The translations under genes were made by a program, and so were the position numbers. Below are positions 1 through 9,590 of a stretch of DNA of 64,000 nt, in pieces (positions within the stretch are counted from its first letter, which is position 1; every line of letters begins with the position of its first letter). Under the pieces are notes generated by a model that was given only the letters and a program-made list of their open reading frames with translations, was not told the origin of the DNA and searched no databases. This DNA comes from an uncultured cyanobacterium (lineage in GTDB: Bacteria > Cyanobacteriota > Cyanobacteriia > Pseudanabaenales > Pseudanabaenaceae), in NCBI GenBank assembly GCA_963750795.1, contig CAVVRZ010000018.1, positions 40,245-104,244 on the forward strand, in the 5' to 3' direction.

Positions 1-1
1 T

Positions 2-541
2 CATTTCAAAGGTGAGAATTTACCCGTAGAGAATGTGTCTTGGAATGATGCAAGACTTTTTTGCGAAAAAACCTCAGAGTCAACTGGAAAAAACTTTCGA
101 TTACCGACAGAAGCGGAATGGGAATATGCTTGCCGTGCAGGTACAACCACTAATTATCATTTTGGTGATGTAATTACTACAGATATTGCTAATTACAATG
201 GTGGTAACTCTTTAAACTTTGCACAGGGTGAATTTCGAGCAAAGACTGTTCCTGTAAATTCATTTTATCCAAATCAATGGGGACTTTATCAAATGCACGG
301 AAATGTTTGGGAATGGTGTTTAGATGAATGGCATGATAAATATTCAGGAAAATCTCCTCACTTAAAGGCAAATGGAAATAAACCTTGGGTCAGCAAAACA
401 GGAAATAGTTCTTGTCTACATCGTGGGGGTAACTGGAAGTTTCATTCTTTCTATTGTCGTTCTGCAACTCGATATGAAAAATCACTCACATATTTTTTCA
501 GCGACTATATTGGGTTTCGTGTTGTTGTTACTTTTTCTTAA
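2..541 (+). CDS. FGE-sulfatase (SUMF1/formylglycine-generating-enzyme-like, C-type-lectin fold) domain protein, 5'-truncated by window edge
   Basis: Frame is open from nt 2 with no stop. Motifs PVENVSWNDA, RLPTEAEWEYACRAGT, GNVWEWC, HRGGNW, CRSATR and IGFRVV are typical of the FGE-sulfatase domain. Confidence 0.8.
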   Translation, partial: HFKGENLPVENVSWNDARLFCEKTSESTGKNFRLPTEAEWEYACRAGTTTNYHFGDVITTDIANYNGGNSLNFAQGEFRAKTVPVNSFYPNQWGLYQMHGNVWEWCLDEWHDKYSGKSPHLKANGNKPWVSKTGNSSCLHRGGNWKFHSFYCRSATRYEKSLTYFFSDYIGFRVVVTFS

Positions 542-604
542 CAGCGAAGAGCCTTTGGAAAATAATTTATATTTAGCTAATGTTTGAATTGAGGACTTTA
601 AGAT

Positions 605-940
605 GTGAAAATTCCTGACGATGCAGTTATCCCTGATGGCAAAATTACTCATTACTTGCTTGTACTAAAAGCAAAAGACGACAAATCACAATTCTTAGCT
701 CAGGCAGGATTTACTCAAAACAATCCAGACTTACTCAAGGTAGCAATTCGAGAACTAGCGAATAATGTTGAAGCAATCCCAGATATCCAGAATGAATATG
801 GACAATTTTTTCTAGTTATTGGCGAAATTACTGGATTAGACAATTACCAACTATCTGTAATTACAGTTTGGTTGCAAAGAGCGATCGATCAAAAGTTTCA
901 ATTCATTACACTGAAACCATACAAGGAGAAAAAATCATGA
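605..940 (+). CDS. DUF6883-like small protein (TA-like pair with next gene)
   Basis: 111-aa ORF with a GTG start. Contains KITHYLL...KSQFLAQAGF. Its TGA stop overlaps the next ATG (ATGA). Confidence 0.55.
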   Translation: MKIPDDAVIPDGKITHYLLVLKAKDDKSQFLAQAGFTQNNPDLLKVAIRELANNVEAIPDIQNEYGQFFLVIGEITGLDNYQLSVITVWLQRAIDQKFQFITLKPYKEKKS

Positions 941-1185
941 ATCTCGAACTATATCAACAAGTTTATCTAAATCACGATCTACCAGAATATCAACTAAAAA
1001 AAGGTGATATCGCCACCCTAATCGACTTTGTACCCCATCCTCATAACCAAGAAGAAGGCTGTATTTTGGAAGTATTCAACGCATTAGGTGAGTCTATTCA
1101 TATTGTTGCTATTCCTAAATCTTGGGTTATTCCCCTACAATCCAACCAAATCTTTAGTGTGCGTACTTTTGCCCTAGCAAGTTAG
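937..1185 (+). CDS. DUF4926 domain protein
   Basis: ATG at 937 overlaps the upstream stop. LNHDLPEYQLKKGDIATLIDFV matches the DUF4926 pattern. The upstream part of the 868 ORF is out-of-frame overlap. Confidence 0.6.
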   Translation: MNLELYQQVYLNHDLPEYQLKKGDIATLIDFVPHPHNQEEGCILEVFNALGESIHIVAIPKSWVIPLQSNQIFSVRTFALAS

Positions 1186-1220
1186 TTAAAAAGTAAAGCG
1201 TTATTGGTAGGAGAACAATC

Positions 1221-1421
1221 ATGAAAGTTAAATACGATGCAGAAGCAGATATTCTCATTTTCATCTTGCAAGACGATTTGCCATACGATGCTATATCCGA
1301 GCAAGGCGGCGTAATTGTTAGCTACAACGAAGCCCAAGAACCCGTCAGCATTGAGTTTTTAAATGCTTCTAAACGTCAACTATTCAATCCTAACGAAACC
1401 AATTTAGTTGTTTCTAGATAA
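1221..1421 (+). CDS. DUF2283 domain protein
   Basis: MKVKYDAEADILIF...VSIEFLNASK pattern. GGAG lies upstream of the ATG. Confidence 0.65.
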   Translation: MKVKYDAEADILIFILQDDLPYDAISEQGGVIVSYNEAQEPVSIEFLNASKRQLFNPNETNLVVSR

Positions 1422-1771
1422 TCAAAAATATATTTTCAGTAATTCCAAAACAACAAAATCCTGTAGGGGCAGAGCATTATCGCCACAATTCATAAATTTT
1501 AAGATCAATTTAAATCGGTAATGCTCTGCCCTTAACCTTCGCAAATAATCAACAATCCCCAAACCGCAGGGAGAAATGATGGGTAACAGCGAAGAGGGTA
1601 GAGCATTTGCGTATAGAGATTTTCAATTTCTTTAGAGATTGGGCATTTGCGCTACAATTTCTAAACTCATCACCACAATATCACTCCGCAAGTACTTAAC
1701 TCTCTTCGCTTTCACTTCTTTTTAAGATTTTTGCGAGAACCCTATGGAAACTGCCTAAATCGACAAAAACT

Positions 1772-2083
1772 ATGCCCCTTATTACATCCGCTAAAAACGG
1801 ACTAACCATTCGCTTAACCGAGGAAAGATGGGAACATATAACCGCAGGACATCCCGAACTTATCAACCTCCAATCCGAAATCCTGCAAACCATAGAAAAT
1901 CCTGATAAAATTTTAGAAGGCAATAATGGTGAGTTTTTAGCAGTCAAGCTGGTAGGTGATAATAAGTATTTGGTTACAATTTACAAAAAAGCAGAAGAAG
2001 ATGGGTTTGTCATCACCGCCTATCTAACTAAACGTATCAATTCTCTCAACAAACGTAAAGAAGTATGGTCACGCTCCCCTTAA
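1772..2083 (+). CDS. hypothetical protein, possible toxin partner of the following DUF2283 protein
   Basis: 103-aa ORF that overlaps the next ORF by 19 nt. No recognisable catalytic motif. Confidence 0.45.
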   Translation: MPLITSAKNGLTIRLTEERWEHITAGHPELINLQSEILQTIENPDKILEGNNGEFLAVKLVGDNKYLVTIYKKAEEDGFVITAYLTKRINSLNKRKEVWSRSP

Positions 2084-2313
2084 ACCCTCTCAAAATTCCT
2101 AGCTATCTCAACTTAGCTACTGCAATCAAAAACCTGCCCAAGAAAAATACTTGGACTTTTTATGATGTTGAAGCCGATGTGTTATACATCAATTTTCATC
2201 AACCCGCACTTCCTGCCGATGATAGCGAATTGACAGATGACGATATTTTAATCCGCTATCGAAATGATGAAATTATTGGTCTGACTATCTTAAATGTCAA
2301 TAATCGAGTGTAA
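2065..2313 (+). CDS. DUF2283 domain protein
   Basis: FYDVEADVLYINF...IIGLTILNV pattern. Translationally coupled to the upstream ORF. Confidence 0.6.
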   Translation: MVTLPLNPLKIPSYLNLATAIKNLPKKNTWTFYDVEADVLYINFHQPALPADDSELTDDDILIRYRNDEIIGLTILNVNNRV

Positions 2314-2346
2314 AAATCCACTCCGCGATCGCAAAGAGGCAAAAAC

Positions 2347-2766
2347 ATGAGTAAGTTTCAAATGTTTGATTCCGTCACCTTAAATCAAGACATCCAACTT
2401 AGTCGAGGTGAAACTGCCCCCAGAGGAACAGATGGTGCGATCGTGGAAATATTTAAAGATGGTGAAGCCTACCTAGTTGAACTATTTGGTGGATGGCTAA
2501 AGTTCACCACTGAAGGCAATATGATCGAAGCATCTCAAGACGATCCCGAAGCATTTCGTGACACCCTAGATGTAGAGATGCTCTGCCCTCATCAAATAAA
2601 TCTAATAAATGCTCATCAACAAAGCGACAAACAGAAAGTAAAGCAACAACTTTTAGCATTACTAGAACTACTTCCAGAAGAATCGATTTTGCAAGTTAAA
2701 GACTTCACAGAATTTCTTTGTTACAAGCAACAAGCTACATCAGCCTCAGTAGTTTCCAAAAAATGA
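2347..2766 (+). CDS. DUF4926-like N-terminal domain protein with C-terminal extension
   Basis: FDSVTLNQDI...GTDGAIVEIF resembles DUF4926. The C-terminus LLELLPEESILQVKDFTEFL is DUF2281-like. Confidence 0.5.
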   Translation: MSKFQMFDSVTLNQDIQLSRGETAPRGTDGAIVEIFKDGEAYLVELFGGWLKFTTEGNMIEASQDDPEAFRDTLDVEMLCPHQINLINAHQQSDKQKVKQQLLALLELLPEESILQVKDFTEFLCYKQQATSASVVSKK

Positions 2767-2937
2767 CAAACATTAAACAGATATTTTTTTAGCGGAAGAA
2801 AGTTAAGTAGTTACGCGATCGCATTTTTTGTGGAGAGATTAGCGATCGCAATACAAATGCTCAATCTTGTCATAGGCAGAAATAAAAACAAAAGCCTCAG
2901 GCACTGAAATTCAGATTCTAAGATCGAACGCCCGAAG

Positions 2938-2980
2938 GCTTCCTCAAAGTATTGCTCTAATACTTTGAGGAAGCTTTTGA
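2938..2980. terminator. bidirectional hairpin terminator between convergent genes
   Basis: 16-bp perfect stem GCTTCCTCAAAGTATT/AATACTTTGAGGAAGC followed by TTTT. Confidence 0.6.
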
Positions 2981-3007
2981 GTTTAACCCATAGCACAGAG
3001 TGCTAAT

Positions 3008-4003
3008 TTATTTAGGATTATAAACTCGATTAGGAACAGGAAAACCACAGGAAGTTCCATCTTTATGGATGACTTCATCTTCCCAAGGTAGATAATATTT
3101 ACCCTTGACCATATCCTCCATGTAGGTGTAGGGGCAATCTTGAGCGCCACCCTTAACCGCAACATAGCCGCGATGACCAAACTGATAAATATTATTTTCT
3201 ACAGCCCAATGTTTACGGGCTTCACGCACTAAATCAGGACGGACTTCAGCCGTGATGATTTCATCGGGACGATGGCTACCCATCACCAAGGGCTGACCAT
3301 CAAAATTCACGATCATTCCTTCCCCCATTGAGTCAAAACTGCCATCAGAACCGCACATACAGACAGAAGCTGTCACCATCAGATTACAAAAAGCATTTGC
3401 TTGATTGGTGATTTGCCAAGAGTGGCGAATCGGTGCTGTATAGCCTGCTGTGCGAATCATGATCTCTGCCCCCTTATAAGCGCATTCCCTCGCCATTTCA
3501 GGAAACATTCCATCATGGCAAATAATCAGCGCGAGTTTACTGCCATTTGGTCCATCGCAAACTGGAATACCCACATCTCCCGGCTCCCAAGGTTCCACAG
3601 GAACCCAAGGATGCAACTTACGGTAATAAAGCTGCAATTCTCCATGATCATCAATAATCAGTCCACTATTGTAAGGATTGCCGTGAGGATTGTATTCCAT
3701 AATTGAGAAACATCCCCAGATTTTATTGTCAATGCAAGCTTGCTTAAAAGCGGATACTTCCATTCCATCTAGTTTGCACATAATCTCAGGATTAATATCC
3801 ATCGACAAGCCATGCAATGAGTATTCAGGAAATACCACCAAATCCATCGATGGCATATTCCGCCTTGCTTTGGCTACCATCTCACAAATGCGTTGGGTCT
3901 GTGCTGCCAAATCCTGTGGAGTTACAACCGTTGGCAATTGAAGTTGTACCATTCCTAAAACAACGCCATTAGGAGTTTTGTTTAAGCCACCGAGTCCACT
4001 CAT
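3008..4003 (-). CDS. amiF: formamidase / aliphatic amidase (nitrilase superfamily, AmiF/AmiE-like)
   Basis: Motifs VVFPEYSLHG, KLHPWVPVEPW, ALIICHDGMFPE, CNLMVTASVC and GSDGSF match the Glu-Lys-Cys amidase family. ATG at 4003 (MSGLGG) is preferred over the TTG at 4051. Confidence 0.8.
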   Translation of the reverse strand: MSGLGGLNKTPNGVVLGMVQLQLPTVVTPQDLAAQTQRICEMVAKARRNMPSMDLVVFPEYSLHGLSMDINPEIMCKLDGMEVSAFKQACIDNKIWGCFSIMEYNPHGNPYNSGLIIDDHGELQLYYRKLHPWVPVEPWEPGDVGIPVCDGPNGSKLALIICHDGMFPEMARECAYKGAEIMIRTAGYTAPIRHSWQITNQANAFCNLMVTASVCMCGSDGSFDSMGEGMIVNFDGQPLVMGSHRPDEIITAEVRPDLVREARKHWAVENNIYQFGHRGYVAVKGGAQDCPYTYMEDMVKGKYYLPWEDEVIHKDGTSCGFPVPNRVYNPK

Positions 4004-4293
4004 GTCAATCTTGTTCCATAATTTTTTACAGCACTTTGCACTTAAACTCAAGCCATAGGAGTTTTTTAAAACCTTGCCGAGCAGTGCTTTTAAAAATTCC
4101 TATGGGCTCTGTTTGGGCAAAAACTGCTGTAATTCTACAAAGTTTATTGTTGATCGCAAATATTTGAAAAACAGTGTTAATAAATACGCATTTAATTGCA
4201 ACCATCGTGCTACACAGCTTGCAAAATCAAGGCAAGAGTTAGTTAGTACAAATTAACACTTAATCTCTGCACTATTACTACCCATCATAATCC

Positions 4294-4326
4294 GTTTTCT
4301 ATGTGTTTTCTATGTATTTTCTATGC
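4294..4326. repeat. 3 x 11-bp tandem repeat (GTTTTCTATGT)
   Basis: Read directly: gttttctatgt gttttctatgt attttctatgc. Confidence 0.8.
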
Positions 4327-4348
4327 GTGATCGTGGTTCTATAGTAGT

Positions 4349-4439
4349 TCCAAATAAATTCAAGAGGCTTCGACTCCGCTCAGCCATCGTATATTGCTGG
4401 CTGAGCGGAGTCGAAGCCCTATTTTTCTTATTTGAATTG
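4349..4439. mobile_element. MITE family 1, short form (GGCTTCGAC...GCTCAGCC hairpin core)
   Basis: ttccaaataaattcaagaggcttcgactccgctcagcc...ggctgagcggagtcgaagccctatttttcttatttgaattg. Six related copies occur in the window. Confidence 0.75.
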
Positions 4440-4549
4440 TCTATATTTTCTTAGACGATAAACTTATGTTGCATTTCGATTAATGCTAATTCTATACAGG
4501 TTAGATTTGATCATTAGGTTAAATAGTCTTAACCACTAGGTAAATAACC

Positions 4550-5269
4550 ATGAGCAAACTAAGCTTGATGATTTGCCCCCACGATACAGCCAAAAATCCT
4601 GAAAAATGGTTTCGTTTTGTGCAGTATCTTAACCGTCACCTTGATTTCACTGTTCACTTCGATATTTCTTTAGATTTTAAAGACTTCCATGATCACTTGT
4701 TAGAAGCAGATTTAGTTTATGCCAATCCTGCGGATGGTATACAGCTTGTCAAAGATCATCAGTTTATCCCCGTTGTCCGTTCCACTAACCTCTTTGATGA
4801 AGCAGTATTTATTGCAAATCCAAATCTTAGTAATCCTTCATTACACTCCTACCAAGGATCTGAAGTAGTGACTGTGAGTAGTATGGTCACGAAGCTGGCT
4901 ACTTCAATGCTTCAGCGCCAAGGTATCGTTCCGACTAAACTGATCAGTAAGGACTCTTGGCTAGGGGTGATCAATGCTGTTGCTAGGGATGAAGTGCATT
5001 TAGGATTTGTCTATAAAGACACCTATGATGAATTGTCGCCTAGAACTAAAGAGATGATTTCCGCGATCGCTACGTCTACAGAGCATAGCGCCTTTCACGC
5101 TCTATATCTCAATCCTAAAGCTAGCGATCGCGCTCAGATTATTTCAGAAACACTCCAACAAATGCACCTTGATCCTAAGGGGCAGGATGTCCTGAGGGAT
5201 TTAAAAGTTGCATCTTGGGAATCTGTACCCGCAGATGCGCTTCAACTGCTCTGCGAGATGGCTGAGTAA
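4550..5269 (+). CDS. PhnD/SsuA-like substrate-binding-domain protein (no obvious signal peptide)
   Basis: 239 aa with LMICPHDTAKNPEKW...ADLVYANP...VFIANP, as in phosphonate-type binding proteins. Confidence 0.55.
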   Translation: MSKLSLMICPHDTAKNPEKWFRFVQYLNRHLDFTVHFDISLDFKDFHDHLLEADLVYANPADGIQLVKDHQFIPVVRSTNLFDEAVFIANPNLSNPSLHSYQGSEVVTVSSMVTKLATSMLQRQGIVPTKLISKDSWLGVINAVARDEVHLGFVYKDTYDELSPRTKEMISAIATSTEHSAFHALYLNPKASDRAQIISETLQQMHLDPKGQDVLRDLKVASWESVPADALQLLCEMAE

Positions 5270-5301
5270 AGCAATAAATTTCTGGGTAATAACGTGAAAC
5301 T

Positions 5302-7095
5302 ATGGTTTCTCCAATTAACTCTCTTCCTCACTATTGCTATCGGAAATTAGTTTTAGTTGTGGGAATGATTTTGGCAGTTTTATTGCTGGTTCCACCTATT
5401 GCCATGGCTCAATCAACTGATGATTGGGTGCATCCACAACAAAAGGATGGCAGACAACAGTGGATTCAAGATCGTGCTGATTTGCTGGATTGGCAAACAG
5501 AACTTAACTTAAACCTTCGGATCAACAAACTAACTGGAAGAACTAGCGCTGAATTGGCGATCGCCACTATCCCCAAAATTGCCCCAGAGTCATCTCCCCG
5601 TGCTTTTGCCATCAAGCTATTTAATACCTTGGGCATCGGTAAGCGAGAAACTAATAATGGTGTGTTGTTATTTGTCAGTAAAAATGATCGGCGTATTGAA
5701 GTCATTACTGGCAAAGGATTAGAAGAAATACTGCCCGATCAGGAAGTTAGCGACTTAATTCAGCAAGAAATTGTGCCTTCATTTCGGCAACAGCAGTATG
5801 CGACAGGAATTATTCAGGGCGTAAACGCGATCGCTCAACGATTGGAATTGCGCCTTCCTAGCAGGATTTTTCCAGACTGGATGCCGACGATCTGTGTGGG
5901 AATTCCTTGGTTAATGGCGATCGCTGGTGCAGGTTGGATGCTTTTCAGCACGGTTCAAGTAATCTTCTTAAGGTTTACACCAATTCAAATACCCATCCCC
6001 ACGCAAGGATTTAATACCGAGGCGTTTCCTTCTTCGCAGCTATTAGCTTCCTATTCTTTTACAGACCTACTTGCAAAAGTTTGCACAGACAAAAGAGCGC
6101 GAGGTGAAGAGAAAGTCCGTAACTTAGCGATTAATATATTGACGGGTGGATGGATATTTGGATTTGGATTAATATATGGATTTTGGCAATTTGTCTTGAT
6201 CCATCCTGAAGCAGAATTTTGGCAAAGCGATCGCCTGATTTGGTTTGTCTTTGGGATAGCGGGCAGCATTGGACTGCTTTGGGGACTACTGGTGAGTTGG
6301 ATTGTTTGCCGTGGTTTACCTTGGCTCTCAGTTTTGCTATCGCTCTTAGTAGCAGGATTTCTTGCATGGTTGAGTGGCTTTTTTGGCTTTCTGATGACGA
6401 CAGCTTGGAGCGGCAATGGCATGATCGTCATGCTGTTGGTAGGGACTATAGCTGCATTGGCTTGGGCAATTCTGATAGATCCGCATCTAAGCTGCCAACG
6501 TCAACGGGATTATCGTAGCGATCGCACAGGCAGGACACCGCAAGAACTTACTACTCAAGAGATTGAAGCTGTACTAGCTCCAAAGGAAGTATCGGCGCGA
6601 TCGCTGGGGAAACTAGAATTTCGAGGATGGCGAGAAGCGGAGCTTACTTTACCAATCACGCGAGAACAGGTTTATCTAGTTCAGCGCATTGATCGTAGTG
6701 CCAGTATCTGCGCCCATTGTCAATCCTATGCGGTTGATGTCTCTGAGCAGACTATCGAACGCGAAATTACATCAATTAAAAAGAAGAAGAAAAAGAGCGA
6801 TCGCCAACCCCAAGAAAAAACTACTTCTGTCCGCTTAGTCAAACAAACGGTCTATACCTGTCATTTTTGCGGCTGCGTCTTTGCTTACGATCAAAGGGAA
6901 CCTGTAGTTGTTACTGGTAGCGAGGCGGACAATTATAGTTCCATTGATCCTAGCTATAGCAGTTCTAGTAGCTATAGCAGTTCTAGTAGTGATTCCAGTA
7001 GCTATGACAGTTCCTACAGTAGCGATTATGGCAGTTCTTCTAGTGATTTTGGTGGTGGGAGTAGTGATGGTGGTGGCGCAGGTAGTGATTGGTAG
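5302..7095 (+). CDS. TPM-domain (YgcG-like) membrane protein with Ser/Gly-rich tail
   Basis: Signal peptide, then the TPM core AELAIATIP...NNGVLLFVSKNDRRIEVITGKGLE. Several TM helices, CxxC...CxxC, a K6 run, and the tail SSSDFGGGSSDGGGAGSDW. Confidence 0.75.
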   Translation: MVSPINSLPHYCYRKLVLVVGMILAVLLLVPPIAMAQSTDDWVHPQQKDGRQQWIQDRADLLDWQTELNLNLRINKLTGRTSAELAIATIPKIAPESSPRAFAIKLFNTLGIGKRETNNGVLLFVSKNDRRIEVITGKGLEEILPDQEVSDLIQQEIVPSFRQQQYATGIIQGVNAIAQRLELRLPSRIFPDWMPTICVGIPWLMAIAGAGWMLFSTVQVIFLRFTPIQIPIPTQGFNTEAFPSSQLLASYSFTDLLAKVCTDKRARGEEKVRNLAINILTGGWIFGFGLIYGFWQFVLIHPEAEFWQSDRLIWFVFGIAGSIGLLWGLLVSWIVCRGLPWLSVLLSLLVAGFLAWLSGFFGFLMTTAWSGNGMIVMLLVGTIAALAWAILIDPHLSCQRQRDYRSDRTGRTPQELTTQEIEAVLAPKEVSARSLGKLEFRGWREAELTLPITREQVYLVQRIDRSASICAHCQSYAVDVSEQTIEREITSIKKKKKKSDRQPQEKTTSVRLVKQTVYTCHFCGCVFAYDQREPVVVTGSEADNYSSIDPSYSSSSSYSSSSSDSSSYDSSYSSDYGSSSSDFGGGSSDGGGAGSDW

Positions 7096-7110
7096 AAGAA
7101 TCTTCACCAT

Positions 7111-7216
7111 TAAGTAGCTTAGCGAAGTAAAACCCAGAATCCCAAAAGCTGTGACGCACGCTGCGCGTGCGTCACAGCTTTTGGGATTTTAAGGTTTCTT
7201 ATACCTAACTACTTAG
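7111..7216. mobile_element. MITE family 2 (TIR TAAGTAGCTWRG, central GC hairpin)
   Basis: taagtagcttagcg...cccaaaagctgtgacgcacgc tgc gcgtgcgtcacagcttttggg...cctaactacttag. Confidence 0.7.
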
Positions 7217-7408
7217 CAGTAGAAACTTGGGTTCTTCAGTCTGGCAGTCAATCTGTTAGCAATCTCTAGAGAAATCCTGATATTCGTAATTTAAAACACT
7301 CTAATAAAATATTCTGATGAAATATTCTAGATTTTCTACTTATTCCCTATAAAAAAGTATTGTATTCTACAGAATGATTATATTTCTATTAAAATATTGT
7401 ATTTAATA

Positions 7409-9550
7409 ATGAACCAAGTTGTAATCCAGAGGGAAAGACAGGTTTTACTGAAAACAAAAGTTTTGCAAATTGGAGTTTTAGCATATCGGGGGATAGATCA
7501 AGCACTACAAATGTGGGAGCCAACTGCTCAATATTTAAGTAATCAATTGCCTGAATATACTTTTAAAATTACACCTTTAAGCTTTGACCAAATTTATATT
7601 GAAGCTGCTACAAATAAGCTTGATTTTGTAGTAACTGACTCTAGTGTGTATGTAGAGTTGGAGACTCTATATCAATTGAATCGACTAGCGACCCTAAAAA
7701 ATTTGAGGATGGATAAAGCCTACACTCTATTTGGTGGAGTGATTTTGCGGAGAAGCGATCGCCAAGACATCCAAAACTTACGGGATCTAGTCGGTAAAAG
7801 ATTTGCAGGAACAAATGAACATTCGCTAGGAGCGTGGCAGGCGGCTTGGCGCGAGATTAAAGCCGCAGGCATTAATCCCTATCGCGACTTTCTCTCGCTT
7901 CAGTTTATGGGAACCCATGACGCTGTGGTTTATGCCGTGAGGGATGGATTAGTTGATGCTGCCACGATTCGGACTGATGCCCTAGAGCGGATGGCAGCCG
8001 AAGGTAAAATCAACCTAGGGGAGTTTGAGATTATCAATCAACAAACCCAATATGCTAAGGAGTTTCCCTTTGCTCTGAGTACAAGGCTTTATCCAGAATG
8101 GGCTTTTGCAGCTAGTCGTCAAGTTGAGCAAGATCTAGCAGAACGAGTGGCGATCGCTTTATTACAAATATCGCGACTTGATCCTGAGGCGGCTCTGGCA
8201 GCTTTTTCGCAGGGTTGGACAGTACCTCTTAACTATGGACCAGTCCATGAATGCCAAAAAGAACTAAATTTAGGGGCTTACGCTGGCAAGAATCATATTA
8301 ACTTTGACCTCGCAATTAAAGGATCCGATGATGGTTTATGGGATTGGAACATTGAAACAGACGAGATGTTCTTCTCAACTCGCTGGAAGCAAATGTTGGG
8401 CTATGCAGAGCAAGAAATCACCAACCATCGTCAGGAATGGGAACAGCGTATTCATCCCGATGATAGAGAACGTGTGAAGTTAAATATTCGCAATTATCTA
8501 CAGGGTAATATTTCTGAATATGCGGCAGAATACCGTCTTCAACACAAAGATGGTTCCTATCGCTGGATTTTATCGCGGGGAATCCTGTTGCGTGATGTCC
8601 ACGGGACTCCTTACCAAATGGCAGGTTCCCACAGTGATATTACTAATCGTAAGTTAGCAGAATCAGCCCTGCGTAAATCGGAGGCAAGACTCAAGGAAAG
8701 AACTTTAAATCTCAAAAATACTTTGCGAAAGTTGCAGCAAACGCAAGCGCAATTAATTCAAACTGAGAAGATGTCCAGTCTAGGACAATTAGTGGCAGGA
8801 ATTGCCCATGAAATTAATAACCCAGTTAATTTCATTCATGGCAATGTTAACTATGCCTTCGACTACATCACTAATATTATTGATCTCTTAAATTTATATC
8901 GTCATCACTATGCACAAACTCACTCAGAGATTGTACAAAAGTCTCAAGAGATCGATCTAGAATTTATCTTGACTGACCTGCCTAAGCTTTTAAAATCAAT
9001 GCAGGTGGGAACAGATCGAATTACTAAAATTGTGCATTCTCTACGCAATTTTTCACGATTGGATGAAGCCGAGCGCAAACCTGTGGATCTTCATGAAGGT
9101 TTAGAGAACACGATTTTGATTTTGCAATATAACTTAAGAGGAAAAACAGGTGATCTCAATGTAGAAATCATCAAAGAATACAGTGATCTGCCCTTGGTTG
9201 AATGCTATGCGGGTCAAATCAATCAAGTATTCATGAATATTCTCAGTAATGCGATCGATGCTTTTCCCAGAGAGGCAATCAACCCTCAGATTCGGATTAA
9301 AACAGAATTGATTGGCGATCGCGTTGCCATTGCGATCGCAGACAATGCTACAGGGATCTCTCCAGAAATACAAAAGCGCTTATTCGATCCATTTTTTACC
9401 ACTAAGCCTGTTGGTCAGGGTACAGGATTAGGTTTGGCGATTAGTTATCAAATTATTGTCGAGAAACATCGAGGAAGTTTGCAATGTTTTTCAGAGCTAG
9501 GCAAGGGGACTGAATTTAAAATTGAGATTCCTCTACATACAACTACATAA
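7409..9550 (+). CDS. sensor histidine kinase (PhnD-like binding domain - PAS - HisKA - HATPase_c)
   Basis: H-box LVAGIAHEINNP, N-box NILSNAIDA, G-boxes DNATGI and GQGTGLGLAIS. PAS segment GLWDWNIETDEMFFSTRWKQMLGY. ATG at 7409 is preferred over the TTG at 7397. Confidence 0.85.
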   Translation: MNQVVIQRERQVLLKTKVLQIGVLAYRGIDQALQMWEPTAQYLSNQLPEYTFKITPLSFDQIYIEAATNKLDFVVTDSSVYVELETLYQLNRLATLKNLRMDKAYTLFGGVILRRSDRQDIQNLRDLVGKRFAGTNEHSLGAWQAAWREIKAAGINPYRDFLSLQFMGTHDAVVYAVRDGLVDAATIRTDALERMAAEGKINLGEFEIINQQTQYAKEFPFALSTRLYPEWAFAASRQVEQDLAERVAIALLQISRLDPEAALAAFSQGWTVPLNYGPVHECQKELNLGAYAGKNHINFDLAIKGSDDGLWDWNIETDEMFFSTRWKQMLGYAEQEITNHRQEWEQRIHPDDRERVKLNIRNYLQGNISEYAAEYRLQHKDGSYRWILSRGILLRDVHGTPYQMAGSHSDITNRKLAESALRKSEARLKERTLNLKNTLRKLQQTQAQLIQTEKMSSLGQLVAGIAHEINNPVNFIHGNVNYAFDYITNIIDLLNLYRHHYAQTHSEIVQKSQEIDLEFILTDLPKLLKSMQVGTDRITKIVHSLRNFSRLDEAERKPVDLHEGLENTILILQYNLRGKTGDLNVEIIKEYSDLPLVECYAGQINQVFMNILSNAIDAFPREAINPQIRIKTELIGDRVAIAIADNATGISPEIQKRLFDPFFTTKPVGQGTGLGLAISYQIIVEKHRGSLQCFSELGKGTEFKIEIPLHTTT

Positions 9551-9590
9551 ACTCTAGTAGTTATGTCTCGATTAAAGCATGGGATTTTCT

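Noticed and set aside
2-541. The C-terminal FGE-sulfatase/C-type-lectin fold has F/Y/H/S/T/D-rich patches (WKFHSFY and LTYFFSDY, mostly NNT codons) just before IGFRVV. This is reminiscent of a diversity-generating retroelement variable region.
   Set aside because: No template-repeat copy, reverse transcriptase, Avd gene or GC-rich IMH hairpin is visible downstream or anywhere in the window. K and E codons in the patch do not fit simple AAY mutagenesis. Worth a genome-wide TR/RT search, but unsupported here.
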